From NCBI GenBank assembly GCA_037379345.1, contig CM074516.1, positions 24,552,001 to 24,616,000 on the forward strand: a stretch of DNA of 64,000 nucleotides, read 5' to 3'. Under the pieces are notes generated by a model. That model made no database searches, was not told the origin of the DNA, and was given only the letters and a program-made list of their open reading frames with translations. The stretch comes from Perna viridis (taxonomy: Eukaryota). How positions within the stretch are numbered: position 1 is the first letter of the stretch; each line of letters opens with the position of its first letter. Shown piece after piece: positions 26,916-55,808 of the stretch. A program made the position numbers and the translations under genes.

Positions 26916-28067
26916 ATGTACCGGGTGTCAAAACGTAAGAGAATGTCTACTTCATTGGCTTTATCCAGTGTTTCATCTCGAAAGCAGCCAAAATCAACTA
27001 CAAGACGTATCATGGATGAAATGGTACCATCATCATCTGCACCGATTTTACCTGTAACTCAACAATCCATACAAGTATCGTATGCCACAGCAGCCATGCC
27101 GATGACGGCTCCTTTACCAGTGACATATCCTAGTGAGCCTACAGTCACAGTACCAGCAACTTTGGCCTACCAGTCGGCGACGCTTAATCCTACAGTTCCG
27201 ATTCTGTCATCAAGTATTCAATCTTCAGGTAATAGCGTGGTTAATAATTCCCTACCCATATCAAGTACTAAACCTGAACTAAATCCTGCTCAAATATCAA
27301 GTGCTTATTCAAATTTAAATATTCATGTACCTCAAAATATCAAGGAAAAAATTCAAAAGGGCGATTATATTGATCTAAGTACCCTATTGTCAAACAACCA
27401 GCATAAATCAAAAACAGAAACTCTCGTTAGAAGGTGGCCAACTGGTCTTGCAGCATGATCAAATTAGTTCAATGAAAATTGCATCGATTGAAAAGTGGAC
27501 CGATGCGTTCATTATTTTTACAAGTATATTTTGTTCAGTCCACCCACCTCGTTTCCAGGAACTTTTAAGATATATGGCAAATGTTCGTTTTGGGGCTCAC
27601 AGATGTCATGGTATGAGCTGGAAGCTCTATGATGAGCAATATAGGTTACGCAAAGCTACAGATCCAAATAGTTCTTGGGATAAAATTGACACCGAGCTAT
27701 GGTTACTGTATATGTCTAGGACTAATATGGTTGAGTTACAAAGCACCCCAAATTCGAAAAATTCAAGATTAAAGTGCTATACATTTAATTATCAAGGTAC
27801 CTGCTATAGAGTTCCATGTCAATATGCACATTGTTGTTTATTTTGCAATGGAGGTCATCCAATCACACAATGCAAAGTAAAACCAAAAATACAAATATTA
27901 CTAATTCAAATACAAGATTTTATCAACCATTCCAACCACAACATACACACTTAAGACATGCTGTCAATAACACTTCTCTTTCATCAAATTTTAGGGTTCA
28001 GCAGCAACGATTCCCAAGACCAAGAGCTTCGTGGGATATTGCGGCAAATAGGCAAAACTCCTATTAA
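26916..28067 (+). pseudogene. Gag-like ORF1 (frameshifted)
   Basis: ORFs 26916-27458, 27448-27954 and 27816-28067 join by two frameshifts. CYTFNYQGTCYRVPCQYAHCCLFCNGGHPITQC. Confidence 0.85.
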
Positions 28068-29648
28068 ATTGATTAAATTGAAGGAGTTTTTTGGAAAATT
28101 ATCTGAATCATTTAGAAGCAAGAGAGCTTTATGAAGGTTTTGAATCAGGTTTTAGGATTCAGTACACTGGTCCTCGTGTGTATAATTTTTTCAAAAAATC
28201 TCATTTCTGCTGATCAATACACTGAGGAAACTTTTAAAAAACTGAAACGTGAAATAGATCTGGGACGAATATAAGGGCCATTTTCAATCTTACCGATACC
28301 AACTCTTCCCATATCCCCTATAGGGCTTGTTCCAAAACAGGATGGTACGTGGCGATTAATTACTAATTTGTCACATCCTAGAGAAAGCAGTGTAAATTCG
28401 GCTATAGACCCTGAATTTTGCAAAGTAACCTACTCCTCATTTGATTCTATTTTGGAAAAAATCTACGATTTGGGTAGGGGTACCAAGCTCACAAAAATGG
28501 ACATTAAATCCGCCTTTCGCTTACTACCTATTCATCCCGCAGATTTTGATTTAATGGGTATCTATTTTGATGGTCATTATTTTATTGATAAATGTATTCC
28601 AATGGGTTGTGCTATCTCGTGTAACGTTTTTGAAAAAATTGCAACTTTTCTACATTGGTTGTTTCAGTTTCGCTCTGGCTTAGATTCATTAGACCACTAC
28701 CTAGATGATTTTATTTTCATGGGGGAAAGTAATACCGGGGACTGCAAGTACCTGATGTATATGTTTGAGGATACTTGTAACAAGCTTGGTGTCCCTATAG
28801 CTCATGATAAAACCTCTGGTCCCACTACTGTTATAACTTTTTTAGGATTTATTATTGATACTGAATTAATGATGGTTATCATACCCCCAGAAAAACTCAA
28901 GAAATTGCACGAACAATTAAAATGGTAAATGTAGTTGAAAAAAGTACTGTTGAAGGATTTACAATCAGTTGTAGGCTTGATGTCTTTTTGTGCAAGGGCC
29001 ATCCCCTCATCCAGAGCATTTTTAAGGCGTTTTTATGATCTTATGTCGCAGGTGAGACAACCTTTTCATAGAATTCGTTTGAATAGTGAAGTTAAAGTAG
29101 ACATCAGATTGTGGTTAGAATTTATAGATAAATTCAATGGCCAAATATTTTTCCCGGAAAAACTTTGGACATCAACTGAAATTTTAAAACTTTTTACTGA
29201 TAGTTCTGGAAACCCAGAATTGGGATGTGGGGCCTACATGTCTGGGAAATGGGTTCAATTAAGTTGGCCACAGCATTGGACAAAAACTGAGTTAATGAAA
29301 AACATGGCCTTTCTAGAGCTAGTTCCGGTTGTTCTTGCGACTTATTTATGGGTCCATCTGCTTGACAATAAAAAAGTTATTTTTCATATTGATAATCAAG
29401 CTCTTGTTAGTATATTGAATAAAAAGTCTCCTAAAGACAAAAATATCATGAAATTAGTCCGACCATTTGTTTTAAAAAACATGGTTCATAATGTTCAATT
29501 TAAGGCCATTTTTATCCAAACTGCATTTAATTGTATTTCTGATGCTCTGTCACGTTTTCAGGAAAACAGATTCCGTGCTTTGGATGCAGACAACAACCCA
29601 GCTCAAATTCCATCCGATTTTCTGGACTTGATTTCGACAATACCATAA
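27990..29648 (+). pseudogene. RT/RNase H (stops at 28272-28274 and 28926-28928, frameshifts)
   Basis: KMDIKSAFR, IPMGC, HYLDDF, ITFLGFIID; RNase H FTDSSG, LELVPV, DNQALV, DALSR. Start approximate. Confidence 0.9.
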
Positions 29649-29656
29649 ATAATCTG

Positions 29657-30489
29657 TTGTTCAAATCAGTAGTCCCTAGCACAAATCAAACGTATCAAAG
29701 AGTGTTAATTGTGTTTAATGAATTTAGACAGAGACATGGATTGCCTGAAATCTGGCCAATACCATTAGCTAAAAAATTCAAAATTGTAATAAGTCGGCAG
29801 TTGCGTAGCTGCCATGAGGCAAAAAAGCGTTTGCCTGCACTTAATTTTGCCATTTTTTTTTTTTTTTTTTTTGGAGATAAAATACATCCAGGAGAGGCAT
29901 AAATGATGCTCTAAAACGCTATCTCCGCGGCCCCCAGACCCCCTGCCGTAATTTGCCTACATTTCAATTTGGCCTCAGCTACGCGCCTGGTCGGCTACAC
30001 ACAGTGTGTCGTACCGGATATGAAATTTTGCTATTCTGTGCCGCCTTTTCGTTAGCTTATTTTGGCTTGTTTAGAATTTGTGAAATAGCTATTTCTAATT
30101 CGGATATACATGTCATTTCATTTGATGACATTGACTTTGGTAAAAATTTTCTAAGAGTACACCTTTCTTCCTCAAAAACTGATCAAAATGGTAGAGGGAC
30201 TGATGTTATAATTACTAGTCAATTAGAGGTCGAAATATGTCCGTTTCTTAATAACCTTGCTTTTAAGAATCAAAGATCGAAATTTATTGGTCATTTTTTT
30301 TTTTGTCATTTTAATGGGTCCCCTTTGGCCGTATCGGGTTTAGACTCAAAATCGTACAGCTCTCATTCATTTCGTATTGGTAGGGCAACAGATTTGTCAG
30401 GAGAGGGCGTGTCTGATTCTGATATAATGTTGCTCGGTCGATGGAAATCAAAGTCTTACAGGACTTATATCAGACCCTTATCTTGGTAA
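29657..30489 (+). pseudogene. Tyrosine recombinase (MITE insertion, two deletions relative to copy 1)
   Basis: FRICE, SKTDQ, HSFRIGRAT, GRWKS, YIR motifs. Confidence 0.9.
29798..29989. mobile_element. MITE, same insertion as 4642-4822
   Basis: CAGTTGCGTAGCTG...CAGCTACGCGCCTG, TSD GTCGG, identical insertion site. Confidence 0.9.
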
Positions 30490-30529
30490 CTTAAGTAGTA
30501 CTACTTTATCTTGTATATCTGTAGGTGGT

Positions 30530-31135
30530 TTGGAGCATGTTTGGATTATCGGTAGCTCCTTAGTTAAGAATGCATATTACCAATCGAGGGACCGTCCTGG
30601 TGGGGTTCATCTTGGACTGGACAGGAGAAACTTAAAAATTTGGTGGAACGGGCGGAGTGGCATGGTAGTACATCACCTTAGAGGTCATATCCACTCCATG
30701 CTTGAGATTCGGGATCCACCTAAATATCTGGTTATTCATGTAGGTGCCAATAATCTTTGCGGTAAAAAGGTCGGTATTTTAAGAAATGAAATAAAATTTA
30801 TATTACGTTGCCTTTTAAGAATTATGCCACAAACAGTACTTGTTTGGTCCCAAATTTTACCTCGCTTTTCTTGGAGGTATTCAGACAATTTCGAAGCCAT
30901 GGAAAGATGTAGACGGAGATTAAATAATTGTATTGCATCTTTTATTCTGAAAACTGGGGGTTGTTATATCCGACATCCGGAACTAACACATCCTGCTCTA
31001 TTTAAGGACGACGGTGTCCATTTAACTGATTTGGGCAATGAATTGTTTTTGAATAACATTCAGGGAGCTATTGAAACATTGCAAAGAAGTTACAGTCTTC
31101 TTAATATGTCCGTCACTTCTCCAGATCAATATTAA
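30530..31135 (+). CDS. SGNH/GDSL-family hydrolase (esterase) ORF of the Ngaro-type element, open reading frame, no 5' ATG
   Basis: Blocks I (IIGSS), II (GRSG), III (HVGANNL) and V (DGVHL); 201 codons uninterrupted; TTG at the start. Confidence 0.8.
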   Translation: MEHVWIIGSSLVKNAYYQSRDRPGGVHLGLDRRNLKIWWNGRSGMVVHHLRGHIHSMLEIRDPPKYLVIHVGANNLCGKKVGILRNEIKFILRCLLRIMPQTVLVWSQILPRFSWRYSDNFEAMERCRRRLNNCIASFILKTGGCYIRHPELTHPALFKDDGVHLTDLGNELFLNNIQGAIETLQRSYSLLNMSVTSPDQY

Positions 31136-31569
31136 ATAAAATTCAGTCGACTTGACTTATATTATTTACACACTTGCATTTGTATTCATTATTCTATTGT
31201 ATATATGTTTTAGCTTTTTAATTTAGATTTTAGTATTTTGGGGTGGTAAGGATCCATAGGGCATGCAGCAAACCCCCATTTTATGGCGGTTGACAGCTAC
31301 AACATAGTATGTTGCTGTCAATTTGGCACATTTGCTGCATGTTATAGACTTCGTGCTGTGCTAACAGCTTGTTTAAGGGGTTTGGATACCTCACCTGTGT
31401 TTCCTACGGTGATCAAAATCTTATTTTTACGTTATCATGATTTTTGGTGATGAATATTTATTTGAATCGGTTGGCATACCAGCATTTTGCGGTAACGTAA
31501 CTATTTGGACATTTTCATCTTGCAATTTGCAGATATTTAATATTGAATGATAATGACTTTGATTGAACT

Positions 31570-31690
31570 GATTTTGATATTTTCTTATATTGAATATTGA
31601 TTTTGATATTTTCTTATATTTAATATTGATTTTGATATTTTCTTATATTGAATATTGATTTTGATATTTTCTTATATCGAATATTGATTT
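31570..31690. repeat. 29-bp tandem repeat, about 4 copies
   Basis: Unit GATTTTGATATTTTCTTATATTGAATATT, immediately before AATAAA. Confidence 0.9.
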
Positions 31691-31897
31691 GAATAAATTA
31701 AACTGTTGTCCTTACCGCCAACTGTTAGTTTTACTTTGTCGGGCATCTTAGATAAAGTCGAATTCCTTGATATGTATACAAACATAGCCTTCTGTGCTAT
31801 TATTACACCTGACAAAAGATTTTGTTTTTCATAGCTTGCGCTCTATATTTTTGAATTATAAAATACCCCTTATCCTCACGTTTTTGTAAAATTTCTT

Positions 31898-32860
31898 TGT
31901 TTACAAAATGCTGGAATTTTCAATCGACAACATATTTGTCCAGTGTTGTGGACGTGTTTTTCAACAAACGGTCGGCATTCTAATGAGAACAAATTGTGCT
32001 CCTTTACTTGCTGACCTATTCCTTCACTCTTATGACGCTGACTTTATAGCTGATCTGATCAGAAAGAAAGAATATCGTTTGGCTAGATCCTTCAATCTCA
32101 GTTTCCGCTATATATGTATTATCTTTAAACAATCCTAATTTCGGGGATTTGATACATCGCATCTACCCAAAAGTACTTGAGATAAAGGATACTACAGACA
32201 CTGTGAAGTCAGCCTCATATCTTGACCTACACTTAGAAATCGATGGTAAAGGAAAACTATTGACCAAACTTTACGACAAACGTTATGACTTTTCATTCAG
32301 AATTGTCAACTTTCCTTTCATCTGTGGCAACATCCCTTCGGCTCCTGCGTATGGAGTGTTCATATCACAACTCATACGTTATGCCAGAGCTTGCCGAAAC
32401 TACGCAGGCAGACTTTTTGTATCGCGCTAGAACTCTAACAAATAGGCTTCTGGAACAGGGTTATGTTGCTACAAGATTGAAGTCATCACTACAGAAGTTT
32501 TATGGTCGTCATCATGAACTCGTGGATCGTTATGGTGTATCCATCAGCACCATGAAAACTGATTTATTCAACGGGTCATGATTTTCCTTTCCTCGTTTGT
32601 CTACCCCGGACTTGACTTTTTATGAGCAACTCGGTGGGTGTTTCTAGAAAAGCAGAGGACGCTTACCCTACCGGTGCACCTGTCCATGCTCTCAGTTTTT
32701 AGTGGAGTCCAAGTTGCTCATTTACTTTTGTTACTTAGTATGTATGATTTGAGTTACTTTATGTTCTTTGTTGTGTATGTCTGTTTTCCATGTCTGGTCT
32801 TTGTCCCTGGATTACATTCTTTTGATTACTGCTATAACCTTGGTCCCCTTGATTACTCTT
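31898..32860 (+). mobile_element. Penelope-like retroelement RT 3' half plus 3' UTR (frameshifted)
   Basis: DNIFVQ..GRVFQQTVGI.M.TNCAPLLADLFL, SYLDL, PAYGVFISQLIRYARAC. Closely related to 14787-15795; ends GATTACTCTT. Confidence 0.88.
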
Positions 32861-33025
32861 TGAAAACTATGTAGAATCAGAGTTTTATTTCAGGTATAAA
32901 TAACAGGGGGAGTCAATAGGCAAAATACGAAAACATATAAACTTGTACCTGACACATACAAACAAGAAAAAGTCAATAAGATGAAACAGAATTAACTAAT
33001 ACGTGCGAAACGTCCTCCGGTAGGG

Positions 33026-33195
33026 NNNNNNNNNNNNNNNNNNNNNNNNNNNNNNNNNNNNNNNNNNNNNNNNNNNNNNNNNNNNNNNNNNNNNNNNNNN
33101 NNNNNNNNNNNNNNNNNNNNNNNNNNNNNNNNNNNNNNNNNNNNNNNNNNNNNNNNNNNNNNNNNNNNNNNNNNNNNNNNNNNNNNNNNNNNNNN
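33026..33195. other. Assembly gap (170 N)
   Basis: Run of N. Confidence 1.
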
Positions 33196-33866
33196 GTTGC
33201 CCGATAAAGGTCATGTGTTGATGGAGTCAGAATTAAGGATGCCGTGATACACAAACCAGAAGTTTGATACTTTTTCTAAGCACTTATGATTTTCCGTTGA
33301 AATCATATATGCCCAAACTTGGTCAGTAGCCATTTCATTTTCTTTTGGAGTCTATGATTATTATTTCATTTTGTTACATTTTTTTTTAGAATAAAAGATT
33401 TGTCGTCAGCAGTGTTAAATAAAAATTGTTTGGTTTTTTTTAATTATCACTAGCTTTAATCTTCATTTTAAAGCCAAAAAGTTTTTGACTTGTCACATGA
33501 AAATTAAATGTATTTGGAAAATGTCTTAGGAGAAAATTCACGATGATATCCGTACTATAAATGTGTCCCTGGTTATGATTTGTAATTTCATCGTGTGAAT
33601 ATGTTTCGAAATTGAATATGTGAAAAAAATTAGATCGTGTTAAATAAGACATATTTCCGTCATTCTCGTGGAAGTACAAATAATGTTAGACGATAACCAA
33701 TTCTAAGTTCGTTACCGTTTACTTCGGTTTCAAATATGCGTGTGGTACTATGTAAGAAATGCATGATCACTTCTCGCGTTACTTTACGTTGTGTTGTTGT
33801 CAACGAAACTGAACTGCCCAGACAGGTCGACAGATTATTCTCACAACAACACTTGCACCAGCGAAA

Positions 33867-39493
<5,627 letters not shown>

Positions 39494-40587
39494 ATCATCA
39501 AGAACTTTGAACTCTATGATCTTTGTACATACTTGAAACAAATTTATTTATGGACCTGCATTTAATATGGCTTTTGGAGAAATTTTGTTACAATTTAAAT
39601 TAAAGACCATTTGAGTTTTAAAATATACTGGTATAAGTTGTCAGAGAATTTTTAGTTGGCTTCCATTAACTATTTGTAATCATCACAAATAGTATGCATG
39701 CTAATAAACCTGTCTGGGCATACCTTGATTTTTAGAGGTTTCTCCACTCTTTAAAATTCATAAGATTTTGAATATCTCAGATATGCTGCTACTCTTTGAA
39801 CCATTGTAGAAGCTTGGAAACTTTTGTTATCACTTTTATTTTCTTGAGGTGTTCAGATAACTGCTTCTGTTGTTTTCACAACATATATTCATTGTTCAAT
39901 TTTCATTTTATGTCATGGTCAACTTTAAACTTAGCAATAGCTAATTGCTTGGTGGGTTTAACTTTCTCCCAAAGAAATCTCATTGATATAGATTTCATTA
40001 ACACAATACATGTAGAACAAAAATGTTTTTCGTTGACTGAGATTTTTAAACACCAATGTTTAGACAAGAATAAAATTCCAAGTGATGCAAATGGTGACAA
40101 AGACATTTTTACAAATATATTTATTTGTTGATATTTGTTTTGTGATGTACTATTATAAATAAATGACATTTGGAATCTATGTACTGTGTTGTGTAAGATA
40201 CATGGCCTTGTGTAAGTACAACTACTTTGAAGGTTGGCATAGGAATAATAACCTTATTTATACAATACACTAGCTCCTAGTCATGAACTTGCAAAGTATC
40301 TGTCTTCTTTCTTCATTTGAGGTTGACCTTGGGTAAGGGCCATAACTCTTGAAATCAGGGATATGTTTGCATCATATTCAATTTCACCTAAGCCTATTAA
40401 GCTTTCATTTGAAACAGAATGAAATAAATCCAAGTTACTTTGATGCTTACATGAGATTGATGTAAAATGCTTTGAATGATTGGTAAGAGTTGTGTCCCTT
40501 CCCTTCGGTCTACCTCTTTAACTTAAAAATTAGTAAACTGTCTTGTAATGTTGATATTGTACAACAGTCTTGTTAATTTTTTTAGTT

Positions 40588-41262
40588 TGATTGATTGACT
40601 TTAGTGCCGTTTTGGTGACCAGGGTCATATCACTGGAAAAACTTTTAGCAAAATAAAAATATTATAAGTAAGATCAGTCTCTTTATAAAATAATAAAATT
40701 AAAACAAACAGCTATTTACATATAAAAAGGTACGTAAAAGGTAAACCTAAGACATAAAATACACAAAGAAACATTACTTTGATAAAACATAAAAATTTTT
40801 AAAAATCAAGAAAGGTATCAAAATTTATATTTTATTAATAAACCGATGTCCCGTAAGAAATCCAAAATGTTTTTTGATGAAACCGTCTTGAACAAATCAA
40901 ACATATTGTCGCAGTCAAAATAATGTTGCCTGGTGCTGGCAAAATCCACACAATCTAGAAGAACATGTTTGATAGAAATGGGCAATTGCATGGGATACAC
41001 TCTGATCAAGGATCAACAAGCAAATGGCCATGTGTAGATCTAGAATGTCCAATGCAACATCTAGTCATGACCACTCACTCTTGGCGATTGCCTGGTCCAG
41101 TTTGATAAACACCTAGATCAGGTTTTATGGAATGGAGCTTGTGGTCAAGACCATCCCAACGGTCCTGCCACATCTTTAAAATATATTTCCTTATTACAGG
41201 TTTAAAATCAGTGTATGGCAAACTAACGTCCTTTATTATTTCATTCAATGCCTTCTTGGCAA
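40588..41262 (-). mobile_element. 3' end of an I/Nimb-group LINE
   Basis: Minus strand reads LPYTDFKP..WQDRW..KLHSIKP..RCCIGHSR.TH..C..C..ISIKHVLLDC..F...R..YF...LF..V....LDFL.DIGL, then a 3' UTR ending in (CAAT)n. Confidence 0.75.
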
Positions 41263-41901
41263 CCCAATTTTTTTAGTCATATTCCACGTTGAAGGCTAAG
41301 GGAAAAATTTTGTTGTATTGTATACACACCTAAACAAAACTAAAGCAGAGCTACAAGTCATAATATGAATCTTGTTATTAAAGTCAAATATCAAGGTCAC
41401 ATTTACATTATCAAATTTCAAGGTTCAATACTTCTCAAGGTACTAGAACTGTAATTTCTTCCGGTATCCACAATGCCAAAGTTAATTACTTATAATAAAA
41501 AAAGAAACAAATCCAAAGTGCCAAAGAAGCAAAACTTTGCATGTACAAAACACACTTCCTTTTAAGTAACAGAAAATAAGTAGCATAAAACTTGGAGTAT
41601 AACAAGAGTAAAGTTGCTTCATATACAGTATACTAGAATGGTAAGTAATATAGTTTACAGTTGATATATCATGGTATGAATAGTTAATATGTTATTACAT
41701 AAAATCCTATTAGTACATTAATTTAGAAGGAAATTTAAATACACAACACAAACCTTGTTCTCTCCAATTTGAGGTTGGCAACTAAAATGTATGCAGAAGG
41801 ATTGAAAACTTTGAAACTATATAATATACCAAAGCAGTGAATTTTATGTTATGTAGAACACCCTATTATTGTGTAGGAAACTCTTGGTGATTACATAAGA
41901 C

Positions 41902-42194
41902 TACTGAAAATGTAGAAATTATTGTGTGCATTAATTGTTGTGAGATTGTCATTGTGAATTGTAAGAAACCCACAGCTGACTTCACTTTGTACCTCCCTCC
42001 ATCCAGGTCAAAGCGCAGTCAACCGTGGGATTCTGACAATGGTCACTCTGCAATTTCAACTTTTTGATTTTTTAGAAAAATCTCACATTAGTTATTTTGA
42101 AAATTCTATAATGCAGTTTTTAAATAATTGCAATTTGATATCTGCTGCATCACACGATATATAGAAATTACATTAATTTCTGAAGTTACAGTAT
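41902..42194. mobile_element. Degenerate MITE
   Basis: Imperfect TIRs TACTGAAAATGTAGAAATT / AATTTCTGAAGTTACAGTA. Confidence 0.45.
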
Positions 42195-42692
42195 GCAGAT
42201 CACAACTAGTTTAATGTATGAGCTGTTCAAATAAACAAAATAATTTTGACTGACCTCCTATATTTCATGTCAAATGTTAAATAGTATTTTGGGGCTATTA
42301 TTTAAATAAAGAATAGAGATGAAGCTCATTGTTAAGAACATTAATAATACACTACATAATTCAGGCATAAAACATTATTTAAGGTTGATAGCATTTTAGA
42401 CATCATAGAATCTCAAAACTTTGAATGAAATGATATGGTAGTTCAGAAGTTTCTATGATTTTAGCATTTTTTGTTTTTCTGGAACCTGCTGTTGTTCAAT
42501 AAACACAGACATCTGAAATCAAATGTATGTGTCAAGTTAAATATGTAATTAGTGTTACTATGTGTTCTAAATTTTCAAAATTAGGAGATTTAAAGTTTTT
42601 TTTAAGGACTTGACAAGACTATGATTTATCAAATCAGTGTTTTTGTGTACATTTCTTTAAAAGTGTCAAAGTGAAACACATCATACAATTCT

Positions 42693-54286
<11,594 letters not shown>

Positions 54287-55652
54287 TTCTTCGATGTAAA
54301 ATGTTATCTTACACAAGATACTAAATGTTGTTTTGTTTCAAACACACAGAAGATCAAGATGCAAATTCAGATCGAAACAAAAGCCTAAACATACTTTCTA
54401 TAAGTAAAACACTATCATGCACTTGACTACTATTCGATAATACATCAAAATTCAAGTACAATTATAGTACATTGTTAATAATGTAAATAGCATGAACGTG
54501 ACAGCAAGAAATAAACCGAGAGGAAACAGAATAAAATATTCAATGATCATACATTTAAGTATCATTCTGCGTATATAGAATCAGGCAACGAGTGGCACAT
54601 CATTTTTCTCAATTTGTTCTTTTTTGCCTCAAAAATATTCAAAAAAATATTCAAAAACATAATCAAATACATCTAGAAAACAAACTGAAAAGCTATTTAA
54701 ATTTATCATGAAGCATTGTTTCTTTTACTTTTATATAATTAAGGAAAAGGCTCGGGCAAATTTTCCTGCCATTTTTTCATAGTGCATTTCAACTAAATTT
54801 TACCTATCAATATCTTAAAAAGGCAACTTGTACAAACACTTTCATTGATGGTTGTTTCTGGTGGTTATCAGGTATAATTAATCATTTTTCGATGATAGCC
54901 TTTAAGGGTGTTCGCTGATCTACTTGGAAATAACAAGAATTTCAAAGGGTTGTGAAATCTTTCAAGATCGTCCAGGCTAGAACAAAATACGGAGAAAACA
55001 CAGATGGGTCAATTTGCTTGTTTTTGAGATATAAGCGTTAATTTTTGACGGGCAGAGGCAGATAAGTGTTTTAAGTCCTTGTTATCATCAATAACAAAAT
55101 ATGCACTACTCCAAATGTATAAGTACATGGACTGGGAGGGTCCACCGTGCGCCCTCACTCATCAACCTAAATATGATTCAGTTACCTTTGTGCCTTAAGT
55201 ACGGTACATAATTTTCATTTTATTCGAATTCCCGCAGTGTTGTGGCATCCTTTTCGGTACCGATAGTAAGCTGAGGTATTGGCTACCTGGTAATATTTAA
55301 ATGTGATCATTTACTTCGTTTTGTAGAAAGTGAAAGTATAAGAATGGTACCCGGAAATCATATATTGGTTTATGAGTTTGTGGGGGTTGCCCGGTGTTAT
55401 CTCCGCCCACGTACTATATTTAGTTGCTATGATTCGTAGAAAAAAAATCTGACCCGGATAACGTAGTTAACGTAAAAATAGATGAAACTTGGTTGCGATA
55501 ATGATTGTAGGGTATGCAACAGTACCAAAGAAATTAGTCAGACTAGTATATCTACTGCATCTTTTAGGCAACCGGGTATATTCAGGTCCCGAGAGGATCG
55601 GGTTCTATCTGTAATACTCCAACAATGTAAGCGGTTGGAATTCCATTCCTTC

Positions 55653-55808
55653 ACCAAGTCAGAAGACATAGCTTGCCAGAAAACCTCTAGTACTGCTGGA
55701 GTGTGTCGCCAAGTCTGAAGATAGCTTGCCAGACAACCTCTAGTACTGCAGGAGTATGTCGCCAAGTCTGAAGATAGCTTGCCAGACAACCTCTGGGACT
55801 GCTGGGGT
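55653..55808. repeat. About 53-bp tandem repeat, roughly 3 copies
   Basis: CCAAGTCTGAAGATAGCTTGCCAGACAACCTCTAGTACTGC..GGAGT.TGTCG; period 53 (55711 vs 55764). Confidence 0.85.

Larger units (their letters stand above)
25341..30937 (+). repeat. Copy 2 of the segmental duplication (matches 1-5806)
   Basis: Colinear with high identity; shares the MITE insertion and the premature stops of copy 1. Confidence 0.95.
26808..31766 (+). mobile_element. Ngaro/DIRS-type tyrosine-recombinase retrotransposon, copy 2 (near full length, inactivated)
   Basis: gag, RT/RH, YR and complete SGNH hydrolase, then a 3' region with AATAAA at about 31692. Bounded by the direct repeat AGTCGAATTCC (26808, 31756); boundaries tentative. 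Confidence 0.9.

Noticed and set aside
30530-31135. Domesticated hydrolase gene
   Set aside because: An unbroken 600-bp ORF is not unexpected given the lesion density in the rest of the element, and copy 1 is truncated. No evidence of selection without dN/dS.
39796-40169. ORFs downstream of DYNLT1
   Set aside because: They lie in the AT-rich 3' UTR region between AATAAA signals and have no motifs.
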